A stretch of 64,000 nucleotides of DNA from Scenedesmus sp. PABB004 (Eukaryota): NCBI GenBank assembly GCA_014905635.1, contig JABVCE010000004.1, forward strand, positions 186,001 through 250,000, given 5' to 3'. Positions within the stretch are counted from its first letter, which is position 1. Each line of letters opens with the position of its first letter. The position numbers were made by a program, and so were the translations under genes. Of this stretch, positions 32,964-44,900 are shown in pieces. Below the pieces are notes generated by a model. It ran no database searches, was not told where the DNA came from, and saw nothing but the letters and a program-made list of their open reading frames with translations.

Positions 32964-35900
32964 ATGCTGCGGCGCATGGGTGCCGCGCCCGCCCGGCAGC
33001 GGCCCGTGGCGTGGGCAAGGCCGGGTGCGGCCTCGCTCCACCGGCCTGGCCCGAGCGCCCTGGCCGCGGCGCGCGGGCGTGGGCGGCAGCGGCGAGCCAG
33101 GTGCGAGAGTAGCACGCCGGGGCGGCCCTGGCGCGCGCCGCACGGCCTGCGCGCGGGCGGCGGGCCGCCGCCGCCGCTGCTGTGGCGGTGGCGCGCCGCG
33201 TGCATGCGCGCGGCGCCGGGGCCGCCGCCGGCCGCCGCCCAGGCCGCGGCCTTGCACACGCCGCAGGTGCCGTGCCTCTGACGGCGGCAGCGCCGCGCCA
33301 CGCGAGCCGCTCGACAGCAGCGACGGCGACGGCGCGGCGCCCGCGGGCGGCTGGCAGGCGGCGGCGGGCCTGCCGTGGGACGAGGCGCCGCGGCCGCCGC
33401 CGGCCGACTATGCGACGATCCCGGAGCGCCTGGGCGGCATGGACGCGAACCAGCTGCAGACGGCCCTGGGCGTGGCCATCGCGGCCGAGGACTACGCCCT
33501 TGCCGGCCAGTGAGCGCGGCGCGCCCGCCGCAGCACGCGCCGCACGCGCCGCACGCGCCGCCGCCACCGCGCACCGCCCACGCGCCCCCCGCCCGCGCGC
33601 GCGCCCGCGCCGCGCCCCAGGATCAAGGAGCGGCTGCAGGCCAAGCTCGCGGACAGCGGCTCGGCGGCGAGCGGGCAGCCGATGGACTGGACCGCGCTCG
33701 GCGTGGAGCCCTGGCTCGCGGAGCGCGCGGAGCGGCTCGGGCTCATGTTCCCCACAGGCGCGGCGCGCGCCGCCGCCGGCGCCGCCGTCCACGCCGCCGC
33801 CCGCGCGGCCGCGCCGTCCGCCGCCGCCCGCCCGCCCCGCCCGCCCGCGCCTCTCTCAGCGTCCGCCCGCCGCCGCGCCGGCCGCGCCGGCCGCGCCGCG
33901 CGCGCAGAGGTGCAGCGCCGCGCCGCGCCCGTCATCCTGAGCGGCGCCGACGCGGTCGTGGCGAGCGAGACGGGGTCGGGCAAGACGGCCGCCTTCCTCC
34001 TGCCCGCGCTCTGCAGGCGCGCGGGGCGCGGGGCGCGCTCGTGGGCGGCCGCCGCCGGCCGACCGACTGACGACCCCGCCCTGCTGCGTTGTGCCGCGTG
34101 TGCCGAGCTGTGGTCTCCCCCCCCCCCCCACACACACACACGCACACACGCGCAGGCTGGATTACCCGCCGCTGCTCTTCCCGGACGACCTGGAGGGCCC
34201 GCAGCTGCTGCTGCTAGTCCCGTCGTTCGAGCTGGGCGTGCAGGTGCGACCCGAGCAGCGCGCGCGGCCGGCGCAGCGCGCGCGGCGCGCCGCCGCTCCG
34301 CGCGGCGCGACCCGCCCCACTCCGCCCGCGCGCCGCTCTGCCGCGCCGCCAGGCGTGCCTGCTGCTCTTCCGGCTGTGGGGCGGCAACATCAGCAGCCGC
34401 ACGCCGGGCGACCCGGGCAACATGTTCAGCTACACCGGGCCCCCGGGCATCAAGGCGCGCCCGCCCCCGCCTGCCCCCGCGCGCCCGCCCCGCACGCGCG
34501 CGCCGTGGCGTGCGCGCCGTGGCGCGCGCGGCGGCGGCCGGCCGCGCGCGCGCCAGGCAGACGCGCGCGCCGCCGCGCCGCCGCGCGCCGCGCGCGTGGT
34601 GCAGGTGCGTGGCCTGCTGAACGACGAGGAGCTGCAGATGGCGGTCGCGGGGCGGTACCTCTCCGGCGTGCACGCGCTCGTCGCGACGCCCGACATGGCG
34701 CTCGCGCTGCTCAGCCTGCCGGACAGCCCGCTCAGCTTCCAGGCGCGCGCGCGCGCGCCGCCACGCCACGCCGCGCCGCGCACTCAGCCGGGCGAGTCGG
34801 CGCGGTGCCGCCGCGCCGCGCGCGCGGCCGCCCACACGCCCGCGCGTGCGCCGCCGCCCGTGCGCGCAGGACCTGCGGGCGATTGTGGTGGACGAGGTCG
34901 ACGCGCTGCTGGCGAGCTACCCGGCGAGCTTTGGGCAGCTCATGGACGCGGCGGTGGCGCGCCACGCGCCCGGCGCCGCGCCCAGCAGCGGCGAGGGCGG
35001 GCCCGGCGGCGAGCCGGGCGGCCCCGGCGGGCCGTCCGACCGCCTCGCGCAGCTGCAGGCGCTGCTCGGGCGGCAGCAGCTGGAGCAGCGCGCGGCGCGC
35101 ACGGCGCGCGCCGAGGGCGCGCCCGACGCGGCGAGCCTGGCGGCCGCGGCCGCGGCGGCGCGGCTGGAGGGCCTGCTGGCCGCGCCGGCGGCGGCGGGCG
35201 CGGCGGAGCAGCAGCAAGAGCAGGCGCAGGAGCCGCAGACGCAAGAGCAGCAGCAAGAGCAGCAGGCGGAGCAGCAGCAGGGAGAGCAGCAGCAGGCGGG
35301 GCAGCAGCAGCAGGCGCCGGGCGGCGCCGCCGCGGGCGCCGCCGCGGAGAGCCGCGAGCAGCAGGCGCCGCCGGACGGTGGCGCCGCCGCGGCAGCAGCG
35401 CTCGCGGCCGCGGCCGCGGCGGAGGGCCTGGACCTGGACGACGCCGGCCCGATGCCCAAGCCCCAGGTCGTGCTCGTGGGCGCGACGGTGAGCGACGGTG
35501 ATGTGGAGCTCGCGCTGTCGCGGGGGTGGGTGGACGAGCCGGTCCTGGTGCGCGTGGGCGAGGCGGGGCGCGTGCCGGCGGGCCTCCGCCACCGCGCGGT
35601 CGTGGTCGCCAGCCCCGAGGCGCGCCTGGGCGGCCTCGTGGGCAGCCTGCGCCGCGACCTCGGCGGCTCGCTCGCCGCGGCCGACGCGGCCGCGGCGGCG
35701 CGCGCGGCGCGCGCGCGCCGCCCGGCGACGCGCCGGGCGCGCGGCCGGTGCGCGTGATTGTGTTTGCGCCCAGCGAGGCCGAGGCGCGCGGCGCGGCGGA
35801 GCCGCTGCGCGCGGCGCTGTGGGGAGACCACATGCTCTCGGTTCTGTTGCCATCGACGGGCGCGGAGCCGGTCAAGGCGCTGCACGCGTTCCGCGACCGC

Positions 35901-36226
35901 GTGGCGAGCCTGCTGCTCGCGACGCCGAGCGCGGCGCGCGGGCTCGACCTGCCCGCGGTGAGCCACGTGTACGGCCTGGGCCTGCCCGGGAGCGCGGTGG
36001 AGTACGTGCACCGCGCGGGGCGCGCGGGCCGCATCGGCAGCACGTCGGGCGGCGAGAGCGTGAGCGTGGTCACGCGCGACGAGCTGGGGCAGCTGCGCGC
36101 GCTCGTGGAGGGCGAGCTGGGGCTGGCCCTGGAGGTCGACGAGCTCGACCGCCAGCCCGGGCTAGGCCTGCTCGGCGACGACTGGGCGGCCGCGCGGCAG
36201 GGCCTGCTGTCGGCGGACGGCGCCGA

Positions 36227-36258
<32 letters not shown>

Positions 36259-36347
36259 AGCCGAGCGGCGAGCCGGCGGGCCAGCCGGGCGAGGCGCAGG
36301 TCGAGGCGGCGCGCAAGGGCCTGGAGGACCTCTTCCGCCTGTTCTAA
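32964..36347 (+). CDS. DEAD-box-type RNA helicase with N-terminal UVR motif, probably organelle-targeted, multi-exon
   Basis: UVR: QLQTALGVAIAAEDYALAG|RIKERL. Q motif WTALGVEPWL...FPT|EVQ, motif I SETGSGKT, motif II DEVD, motif III GAT, motif V ARGLDL, motif VI YVHRAGRAGR. Start codon uncertain. Frameshift near 35700. Confidence 0.85.
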
Positions 36348-36548
36348 CGTCCTCAAGATGCTGATGCTGATGCTGATGCTTTTCTCATGCGCGGCGGCTG
36401 TGGCTGGCTGCGGCCGGTCGGATGCCGTCTTGAACGAAGAACACCGCACGCGCGCGCGGCCGGCGTGGGCGCCAGCTGGTTCACCTGGTATCCCTCTCCT
36501 GAGCTTGGCGGCTGCCCCGCCGCCCTCGTCAGCGCCGTGCGGGCTCGA

Positions 36549-39500
36549 TCACTCCGTGGCGCCGCCGCGCGCCGCCGCCGCGAGCACGCGGTCGCAGTAG
36601 TGCCGCGCGCGGAAGCGCTCCGCGACCTTGCCCACCTCGGCCGCCGCCACGCGCGGGTGCGTCGCCGCGAGCGCCTCGAGCACCTGGGCGCCGGGGGCGC
36701 GGCGCCAGCTCAGCACAGCTGAGCTGCGGGCGCAGCCCACAGCCCGCCGCGCGCTGCGGGGCTGCCCCGCGCCGCCGCCGCCGCGCCGTGCGCCGCCGCG
36801 CCTGGCAGGCCGCCTCTGCGACGAGCGCGTCGCCGTCGTCCATGTGGATCACCACGCCGGCGGCGAGGTAGCCCGCGTTGGTCGCGCAGTACCCCGGCCC
36901 CGCGGCGCGCACAAACGCGACGAGCGACGCGCACGCCGCGACGCGCACCTGCGCGCGAGGGGACGCCGCTGGGTGACCGGGCCGGCGGCGCGGCGCGGCG
37001 CAAGGATACACCTCGCGCTCCCCGCCCCTCCCCGCATGCCGCGGTTCGCCTTGCCTTGTTGGCGCTGTCGTCGAGGCGCTTCAGCAGCTCCGGGTACAAC
37101 GCCCGCCGCGCCTCGTCGTCCAGCGACGCGCCGACCTGGCGTCGGCCGGGGCGCGGCCGGCAGCGTCAGCCGGGCGCGGCGGCGCGGGCGCGGCGCGGCG
37201 CGACGCGGGCGCGCACCTGCTCCAGCAGCGCCTGCGTCACGTAGCAGGCCGTGTGGCGCAGGTCGGCGTACCAGTCGTCGTCGAGGCACTGGGCGAGCAG
37301 CGGCAGCAGCCCGCCCGCCGGCGCGGCCGCGGCGAGCAGCGCCTCAGGCGGCGCGAGGCGGCGCGCGAGCAGCGTCGCGAGCGCGGTGATGGCGGCGAAG
37401 CGCACTGCGGCGGCGGCCTGGCGGCGTTTGTGGCGGCCGTCGTGAGCGGGCGTGACCCGGCGAGCGGGCAGGCGCGCGGCGTCGACAGCGGCGCGGCGCG
37501 GACGCGCGCGCGCGCGCGCGCCGCGGCCCACCTTGCCGGCGCGCCACACGAGCGGCGGCACGAGCAGCGCGCGCAGCGCGAGCGCCGCGTTGCCGCCGCG
37601 CGCAAACGCGGCGCCCGTGGCTTTGCCCTCGAGCAGGCCGTCCAGAAGCCGCAGCAGCGCGAGGCGCAGCCCCGGGTCGCGGTCCGCGTCCGCGAGCAGC
37701 GGCGCGAGCACCTGCCGGCGCGGCGGCGGTCGTGGGAGCGGGCCGGGGCGCGGCGCCGGGCGATTCCCACGCGGCGCTGGCGCCGGGCAGCCAGCGCCCC
37801 AGCGCCCCAGCGCCGCACCTCAGCCACGGCCGGCAGCAGCTCCGCCAGCGCGTCGGGCCCCGCCGTGCGCAGCAGCGACATGACCGCCTGCAGGTTGGGG
37901 CTGCCCGCCGTCCAGCCGTCCGCGTCGGCCGCGAGCGCGCGGAGCAGCGCGCGCCCGTGCGCCGCCGCGAGCGCCCCCGCGTCGGCCAGCCCGCACGCGT
38001 CGGCGAGGCGCTGCAGCGCGGCCGCCGCCCGGTCCGCCGCGGCCGCCGCGTCGGCGTCGGCGCCGCCCGCCTCGGTGCCCGCCGCGGCGGCATTGCCATG
38101 GAGCTGCAGCAGCACGAGGTGCAGCGCCTGCCCGTGCTCTACCACGACCTCGGGCGGCGCCCAGGCGATGAGCGCGGACGCGAGCGAGAGCGCCTGCGCC
38201 TGCACGCCCGCGTGGTCGCTGTGCCGCAGCTCCTCGCCCGCGAGCGCGCCCACGAGCAGGCCCAGCAGGCGCGGGTCGCCCGCCTGGCGCGCCGCCGCCG
38301 CGGCGTGCACGAGGCACGAGCCGACGACGAGCGCGTTGGCGCGCGCGCCGGGGCCCGCCTTGGCGTCGGTCAGCGCGTCCACGAGCAGCGGCAGCCACGC
38401 GCCCGCCTGCGCGAGCGCGCCGAGCGCGCGCGCGCAGGCCGCAAGGCGCGCCACAATGTCGGGCTCCTCCTCGCCCATCGCGCCGATGAGCGCCGGCAGC
38501 AGCGCGCCGAGGTGCGGCGCAGCCGCGGGGCCCGCGAGCACGAGGACCGCGTGCAGCGTCCTGGGGGCGCGGCGCGCGCGTCAGGCGAGCGGCGGGCGCG
38601 GCGCGTGCGCGCATGGCGGCGGCGCGCGCGGCGACGCACCTCGCGGCCGCGCTGCGCAGGGTCGCTGTCCACTCCTTGAGCCCCGCCAGCACGCCCGGCA
38701 GCAGCTGCGGCAGCAGCGCGACGACCATGCGCCGGCACGGCTCGCCCGGCAGGCCGTCAAACGGCGGCGGCAGCTGCGCTGCGGCGACCGCCTCGGCGGA
38801 CGCCGCCAGGTCGGGCGCCGCCGCCGCCGCCGCCGCCGCCGCGCCGGGGCCGTCGGCGTCCATGGGCTCGCCGCCGCCGCTGTCGCCGGCGGCGGCGGCA
38901 GCGGGCAGCGCGAGCCACGCCGCGCCCGCCTGCTCCAGCGCCGCGAGCGCGGCCGCCGCGATGCCGTCCACCGGGTCGGACACGCCCAGCAGCAGCAGCG
39001 GCAGCAGCGCGGGCGCGTGCGTGCGGCACTGCGCGTGCGCGGCGTCGGCCGCGCCCGCGCCCGCCGCCTCGGCGCCGCCGTCGGCGGCGCGCGCGGCCGG
39101 CTGCGCCGCGCAGCCCAGCCAGGCCGCCAGCGCTGCATAGTAGGACTCCCGGACGGACGGCGAGTGGTCAAACGCGAGCGGACGCAGCGCCGGCGCCAGC
39201 GTGCCGCCGACGGCGCCCGCGGGAAGGCCCGACAGCACCAGGCTGCGCAGGCCCGCGAGCATCGCGAGGCGCACCTTGCTGTGCTGGTGCGCCAGGTTGG
39301 GGAGCAGCGACTGCGCGGCAGGCGCAGGCCGGCCGGCGCGGGCGCCACGCTCAGCGCGACGCCGCCAGCGCGCCCGCGCGCTCCCGCCGCCCCGCGGCCC
39401 GCGGCGCGCACCTGCAGCAGCCGCTCCGCCTGGTCCTCCAGCCTCCGGGGCGGCAGCCGCTCCGCGAGCGCGCCGAGCGCCGCCGCGGCGGCCCGCTTGG

Positions 39501-40472
39501 CGTCCGGGAAGGCGTCTTCCAGCCCCCGCGCCAGCAGCGCCGCGAGGTCGTCGGCCGCGGGCGCGAGCGCGCTGCGGCGGCGCGGCGCGGCGCGGCGCGG
39601 CGTGGGCGCACGCAGGGCGGGGCGCTCCGGTCCGAGGGCCAGGGTGCTCCGCGCCCGCGTGCGCCGCCGGCCGCGCTGACGCGCAGCGGCCGTCGCTGCG
39701 GCCCCGCCGCACCTCGCGCTGGCCTTGGCGATCACCGCCTGCAGCAGCTGCAGCCCCGCCAGCCGCACCTCCTCGGCGGGCTCCAGCACCGGCAGACCCC
39801 CATGCGCGTGCGCAGCGCCGGCAGCAGGCCCGGCAGCAGCGCGGTGGGGTCGGCGACCTGGCGCGCGCCCTCCAGCAGCAGCGTGAGCGCCGACAGGCGC
39901 ACCGACTCCACCGGGTCCGCCAGCAGGCCCGCCAGCGGGTGCGCCAGCGGCCCCGCAAGCAGCGCCTGCGCGGCGCGGGCGCGACGACGGCGGCGGGTTG
40001 GCGCGCCGCGGCTGCGTGGCGGCGCGGCGGCGCGCCGGCCGCGCCGCCGCTGGCGTGCCTGCAGCATCGCGGGGCTGGCCTTGGGCGCGGCGGCGTCGCC
40101 GCGCAGCAGCCGCGCCGACAGCGCCGCCATCGCGGCGCGGCGCGTGCCGCGGTCCGGGTCGGCCAGGCAGTTGAGCGTGCGCTGCAGGCCCGCCAGGTAG
40201 GTCTGCACCTCCTCTGCCGACACCCCCGCGGCGGCGGGGTCGTACGCGGGCGCCGGCCGCGGCCCCCCGCGCGCCGCCAGCGGCGCGTCGTCCGCCGCCG
40301 GCAGCGGCGCCGCGCCGTGCGCCTTGCTCGGCAGCACGCGCGTGCGCGTCGACACGCCGGGCAGGCCAAAGCCGGGGATGCCGGTCGCGGCCGCGCCGCT
40401 GCGCGGCGGCTGCAGCGGGCGCGCGTTGAGCTCGCGCCATATCTCGTCCACCGTCTTCTTGGGCGCCGCCAT
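36549..40472 (-). CDS. DNAAF5: Dynein axonemal assembly factor 5 (HEATR2)-like HEAT-repeat protein, multi-exon
   Basis: LNCLADPDRGTRRAA, LLADPVESVR, EPAEEVRLAGL, DAFPDAKRAA, LAHQHSKVR, LAFDHSPSVR, LLLLGVSD, YPELLKRLDDSANKVR, IHMDD. Confidence 0.82.
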
Positions 40473-41985
40473 GGCGCCGCGCTGCGCGCCTGCGCGGCGG
40501 CGCGCGGCGTGGCGCGTGCGCGTGCGGCCGGCGGCGGCGGCGGCTGGCTGCGGCGAGCGAGCGAGGCCGCCGGCCCGGCGGCGTGCGCGCGTGTGTGCCG
40601 ACGGCCGCGCCACGCGCACGTCCAGCTGCAGGCACGCCAGCTGTCCGGCAAAGGGAGGCAGGGAAATCCCGCCGCGCTGCCGGCGCGCCGCTCTCACCTG
40701 CGTGCGCTGCTGCGGCGCCGCGCCGCGCTGTGCGGTGGCCGGGCCGCGCCGAGCCGCGCTCCACCGACGCTGCCGGCCGACGTTAGATTCGTCACGCCCG
40801 GTCGGGCGGCGCCCCGGGGGCGCTGCACGCGAGGCGCGGGGGCCGCGACTGCTCCGCGCGCGCCAGTGGCCGCAGCGCCCGGAGGAGCGGCCGTGTCGCG
40901 TCTGCGCCGGTACGTGTGCGTAGCGGGACGTCTGTGCAGCGTCTCGGATGGCGCTGCAGACCTCCCGGGGCTCGGGTGGTGGAGCCCTGGCGGGTTGGCG
41001 CGCGGGTGCTGCTGCTCTCCCGCTGGCGTCCCGCCCCCACACCCGCACACTGCGCCCAGCTGCTGCCCGGGATGATCGGCGTGGGCGGCCGGGCACGCGC
41101 GGCCCGGGCGCGCACGCACGCACTCGCGCCGCCCGCGACGGGCGCTGCTGCTGCCGAGCGCGCCGCCGTTTGATCCCTGTCGCCGCCGCGCCGCTGCCAC
41201 CGGGCGATGACACCGAGCGATTCCAGCGGCCCTGCGCCGCCGGCTGGCCTGCGAGCGCTGGCCGGGGCGGGCGCTGCAGTCACGGGGCGCGTGCACTGCT
41301 GCCCGTCGGCGGCGGAGCAGCACGGTGCTGCGGCGCGACTGGTGGTGCTGCTGCGGCGAACGGCGGCACAGCACGTGCGCAGGCGTCGCCGGTGCGCTGC
41401 CTCGCGGCGCGGCGGAGTCCCAAGCGCCGGCGGTTGCAGGCTGTGCACGTGCAGCAGCGCGCGCCGCGGGGGCGCTCGCGCTGCCGCCCGTGCGGGGGCG
41501 GGGGCGCGGGCGCGGACGGGGGTGGGCCAGCGGCACGTGCCGGGTGCGCAGGCGCGCTGGCGGCGCTGGCGGAGGGCTGGCGGAGGGGCAAGGCGGCGGT
41601 CGCGGCGGGGCGCGGTCGGCGGCCTGCTCACGCTGGCGCCGCGCCAGGCCGGGGGACGGCAGCGCGGAGGCGGCGCCGCGGCGCCAGTTGGCGGCGCTGG
41701 GCCTGGGGCAACTCTGCGGCCCCGAATGAGGGCGTGCGCGGTTGCGCAAGGCATCCATCAGCAGCGCGCGGCGGTTGGGGGACCGCTGCGCCGCCACGGT
41801 TCAGCGCGCCGCCGGGCCCCAGCTGCTCGCCCACGACGCTCACCAGTTCGGCCAGGCCCGCACTCCCCTCAGCAGCCTGCTGGGCACGCCAGCGCGCCGA
41901 TCGGGCCGGCCATCACTGAGAACTCGGCCGGGGCGCCAGGGGTGAAACGGCGGCCCGCTGGGGCGGGCCGTGACCGCCCGGCACC

Positions 41986-44900
41986 ATGCTGACCAAGTTT
42001 GAGACCAAGAGCAACCGCGTGAAGGGCCTGTCCTTCCACCCCAAGCGGTGGGCATCGGCGCCCCGCATCCCTCCCCCCGTGCGCGCCGCGCCGCCCCCGC
42101 CCGGCCGCCTCACGCGTCCCCACGTGCGCGCAGGCCATGGATCCTGGCGTCGCTGCACAGCGGCGTCATCCAGGTGCGCCGCAGCGGCGGCGCGGGACGC
42201 GCGCGGCGGAGCCGCTGCTGCTGCTCGCGCCGGCGCCGCCGGGCCCCGCAGCAGCGGCTGCCCGCCGGGCCCTCGCCGCGGCGGCGTTCCTGGGCTTGCC
42301 GTCCGCTCAGAAACAGCAGCAGCAGCAGCAGCAGCCGGGGGCGCCGGCGCGAGCGGCGGCGCCCCAACCGCCGCGGCGGGCGGAGACAGCAGCAGCGGCG
42401 CGCCGCGCCGCGCCGCGCCGCGCCACGCGGCCCCACGCCGCCGCCGCGCTCGCCGCCGCGGCGCGCCGCAGCTGTGGGACTACCGCATGGGCACGCTGAT
42501 CGACCGCTTTGACGAGCACGACGGCCCCGTGCGCGGCATCCACTTCCACAAGACCCAGCCGCTCTTTGTGAGCGGCGGGGACGACTACAAGATCAAGGTC
42601 TGGAACTACAAGCTCCGCCGCTGCCTCTTCACGCTGCTGGGCCACCTCGACTACATCCGCACCGTGGCCTTCCACAGCGAGTACCCGTGGATCGTCTCCG
42701 CGAGCGACGACCAGACCATCCGCACCTGGAACTGGCAGTCGCGCACGTGCATCAGCGTGCTGACGGGGCACAACCACTACGTCATGTGCGCCCAGTTCCA
42801 CCCCAAGGACGACCTCATCGTCAGCGCGAGCCTCGACCAGACCGTGCGCGTGTGGGACATCAGCGGCCTGCGCAAGAAGAGCGTCGCGCCGAGCGGCGAC
42901 GAGATGCTGCGCCTGCCGCAGGTGACGGCGACCGCCGCGCAGCACGGCGGCGCGGCGGCGGCGCGCGCTGCTGGGGCTGGGGCGGGGCGGGGCGCGCGGC
43001 AGGCGCCGGCGGCAGGCAGCAGCAGCAGGCAGCGGCGGCGGCGGGCAGCGGCGGCGAGCAGCGGCGGCGGGCGCGGCGGCGCTGGCGCGCGCCGCGCTCG
43101 CGCCTCACGCCGCCGCGCGCTGCCGCCGCCCGCGCCCGCTGCGCCTGCCTCCTGCCGTGCTGTGCGTGCTGTGCTGTGCAGATGAACCTGCAGATGCAGG
43201 TCAACGCGGAGCTCTTTGGCAGCGGGGACGGCGTGGTCAAGTACGTGCTGGAGGGCCACGACCGCGGCGTCAACTGGGCGAGCTTCCACCCCACCCTGCC
43301 CCTCATCGTCAGCGGCGCCGACGACCGCCAGGTCAAGCTCTGGCGCTACAACGGTGAGGCGCCGCGGCCGGGCGGAGCCCCCCCCCCTGGAGGGCGACTG
43401 GGGGGCGGGGGGGGGGGGGGGGGGTGGGGGGGGGGGGGGGGGGGGGGCGATAGGGGGGCGACAAGGGCGGCGCAGCAGCAGGCGCAGCGGCGGCAGCCCC
43501 GCGCCGCCGCCGCGGTGCCGACTCCCTGCGCCGCGCCGCCGCGTGTGCCGCCGCGCGCAGAGAGCAAGGCGTGGGAGGTGGACACGCTGCGCGGGCACAC
43601 CAACAACGTGTCGTGCGTCATGTTCCACGCGCGGCAGGACCTCATCATCAGCAACAGCGAGGACAAGTCCATCCGCGCGTGGGACATGAGCAAGCGTACC
43701 GGCGTGCAGACGTTCCGGCGCGAGCACGACCGATTCTGGATCCTCGCGGCGCACCCCGAGATCAACCTCCTCGCCGCGGGGCACGACAGGCGCGCCGCGC
43801 GCCGGCTGGCGGCCGCGGCGCCCGCCGGGGGCCTGGCCGCCGCCGCCGCGCCCGCTCCCTCGCCCATCTCGCTCCCTCGCCCCCTCCCTCTCACCCTCAC
43901 TCACTCCCTCACTCCGTCCCTCACCCGCGCCCTCCCTCACTCCCTCACTCCCTCACTCACCCGCGCCCTCGCTCTCTCACCCCCCCCCCCCCCCCTCACC
44001 CGCGCCCTCCCTCACCCCCCCCCCCCACACACACACACTCACGCCCCGTCCCCACACCCCACCCCACCCCACACAGCGGCATGATCGTGTTCAAGCTCGA
44101 GCGCGAGCGCCCCGCGTACGGCAGCCACGGCTCGACCCTCTTCTACGTCAAGGACCGCTACCTGCGCTCGTACGACTACGCGAGCGGCCGCGACGCGCCG
44201 CTCATGGCGCTGCGCCGGCCGGCGGCGCCGGGCATGAACGCTGGGCCCCGCTCGCTGAGCTACAACCCCGCCGAGCACGCCGTGCTGCTCACGAGCGACG
44301 CGGAGGGCGGGAGCTACGAGCTCTACGCCATCCCAAAGGACGGCCGCGCCGACAGCGCGCCGGTGCGGGCGCGCGCGGCGCGGGGGCGGCGGCGCCGGGC
44401 ACGCCGGGGGCGGTGCCGGGCGTGGAGGGGCGCGCCGCACCGCGCGCCACGCGCCGCGCCACGCCGCGGCTCACCCACCCCCCCCCCCCCCCCGCCCCGC
44501 GCCCTGCGGCCGCCGCAGGAGGCGCGGCGCGGCCTGGGCGGCGCGGCGGTGTTCATCGCGCGCAACCGCTTTGCGGTGCTCGACAAGGCGGCGGGCCAGA
44601 TCCAGGCGCGCGGCACCCCCGCGCCCCCCGCGCCCTGCGCGCCGCCGGCACGCTGCCTCCCACCTGCCCCCTCACCTCCCTGCTCACCTCCCCCCTCACC
44701 TCACCTCCCCTGCCCTCACCTCCCCCCTCACCCCCCCTGCCCCCGCCTCCCTCCCGCCCGCTCGTCTCTGCCGCCCGTCTCCGCCGCCGCCGCCGCCGGC
44801 GCGCAGGTGCGCAACCTGCAGAACGAGGTGACCAAGAAGTGCGCCCCGCCGTGCGCCACGACCGACGCGATCTTCTACGCCGGCACCGGCCTCCTGCTCT

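Noticed and set aside
28630..39805. Frameshifts in the F-box gene (~28640, ~30790, ~31050), helicase (~35700) and DNAAF5 (~39800) as programmed frameshifts or pseudogenisation
   Set aside because: All lie in G/C homopolymers or GC-repeat tracts within otherwise intact genes, so they are most likely sequencing or consensus indels.
40473..41985. Possible extra gene in the 1.5-kb gap between DNAAF5 and COPA
   Set aside because: No frame gives a recognisable protein or a consistent exon structure. Treated as divergent promoter/UTR.
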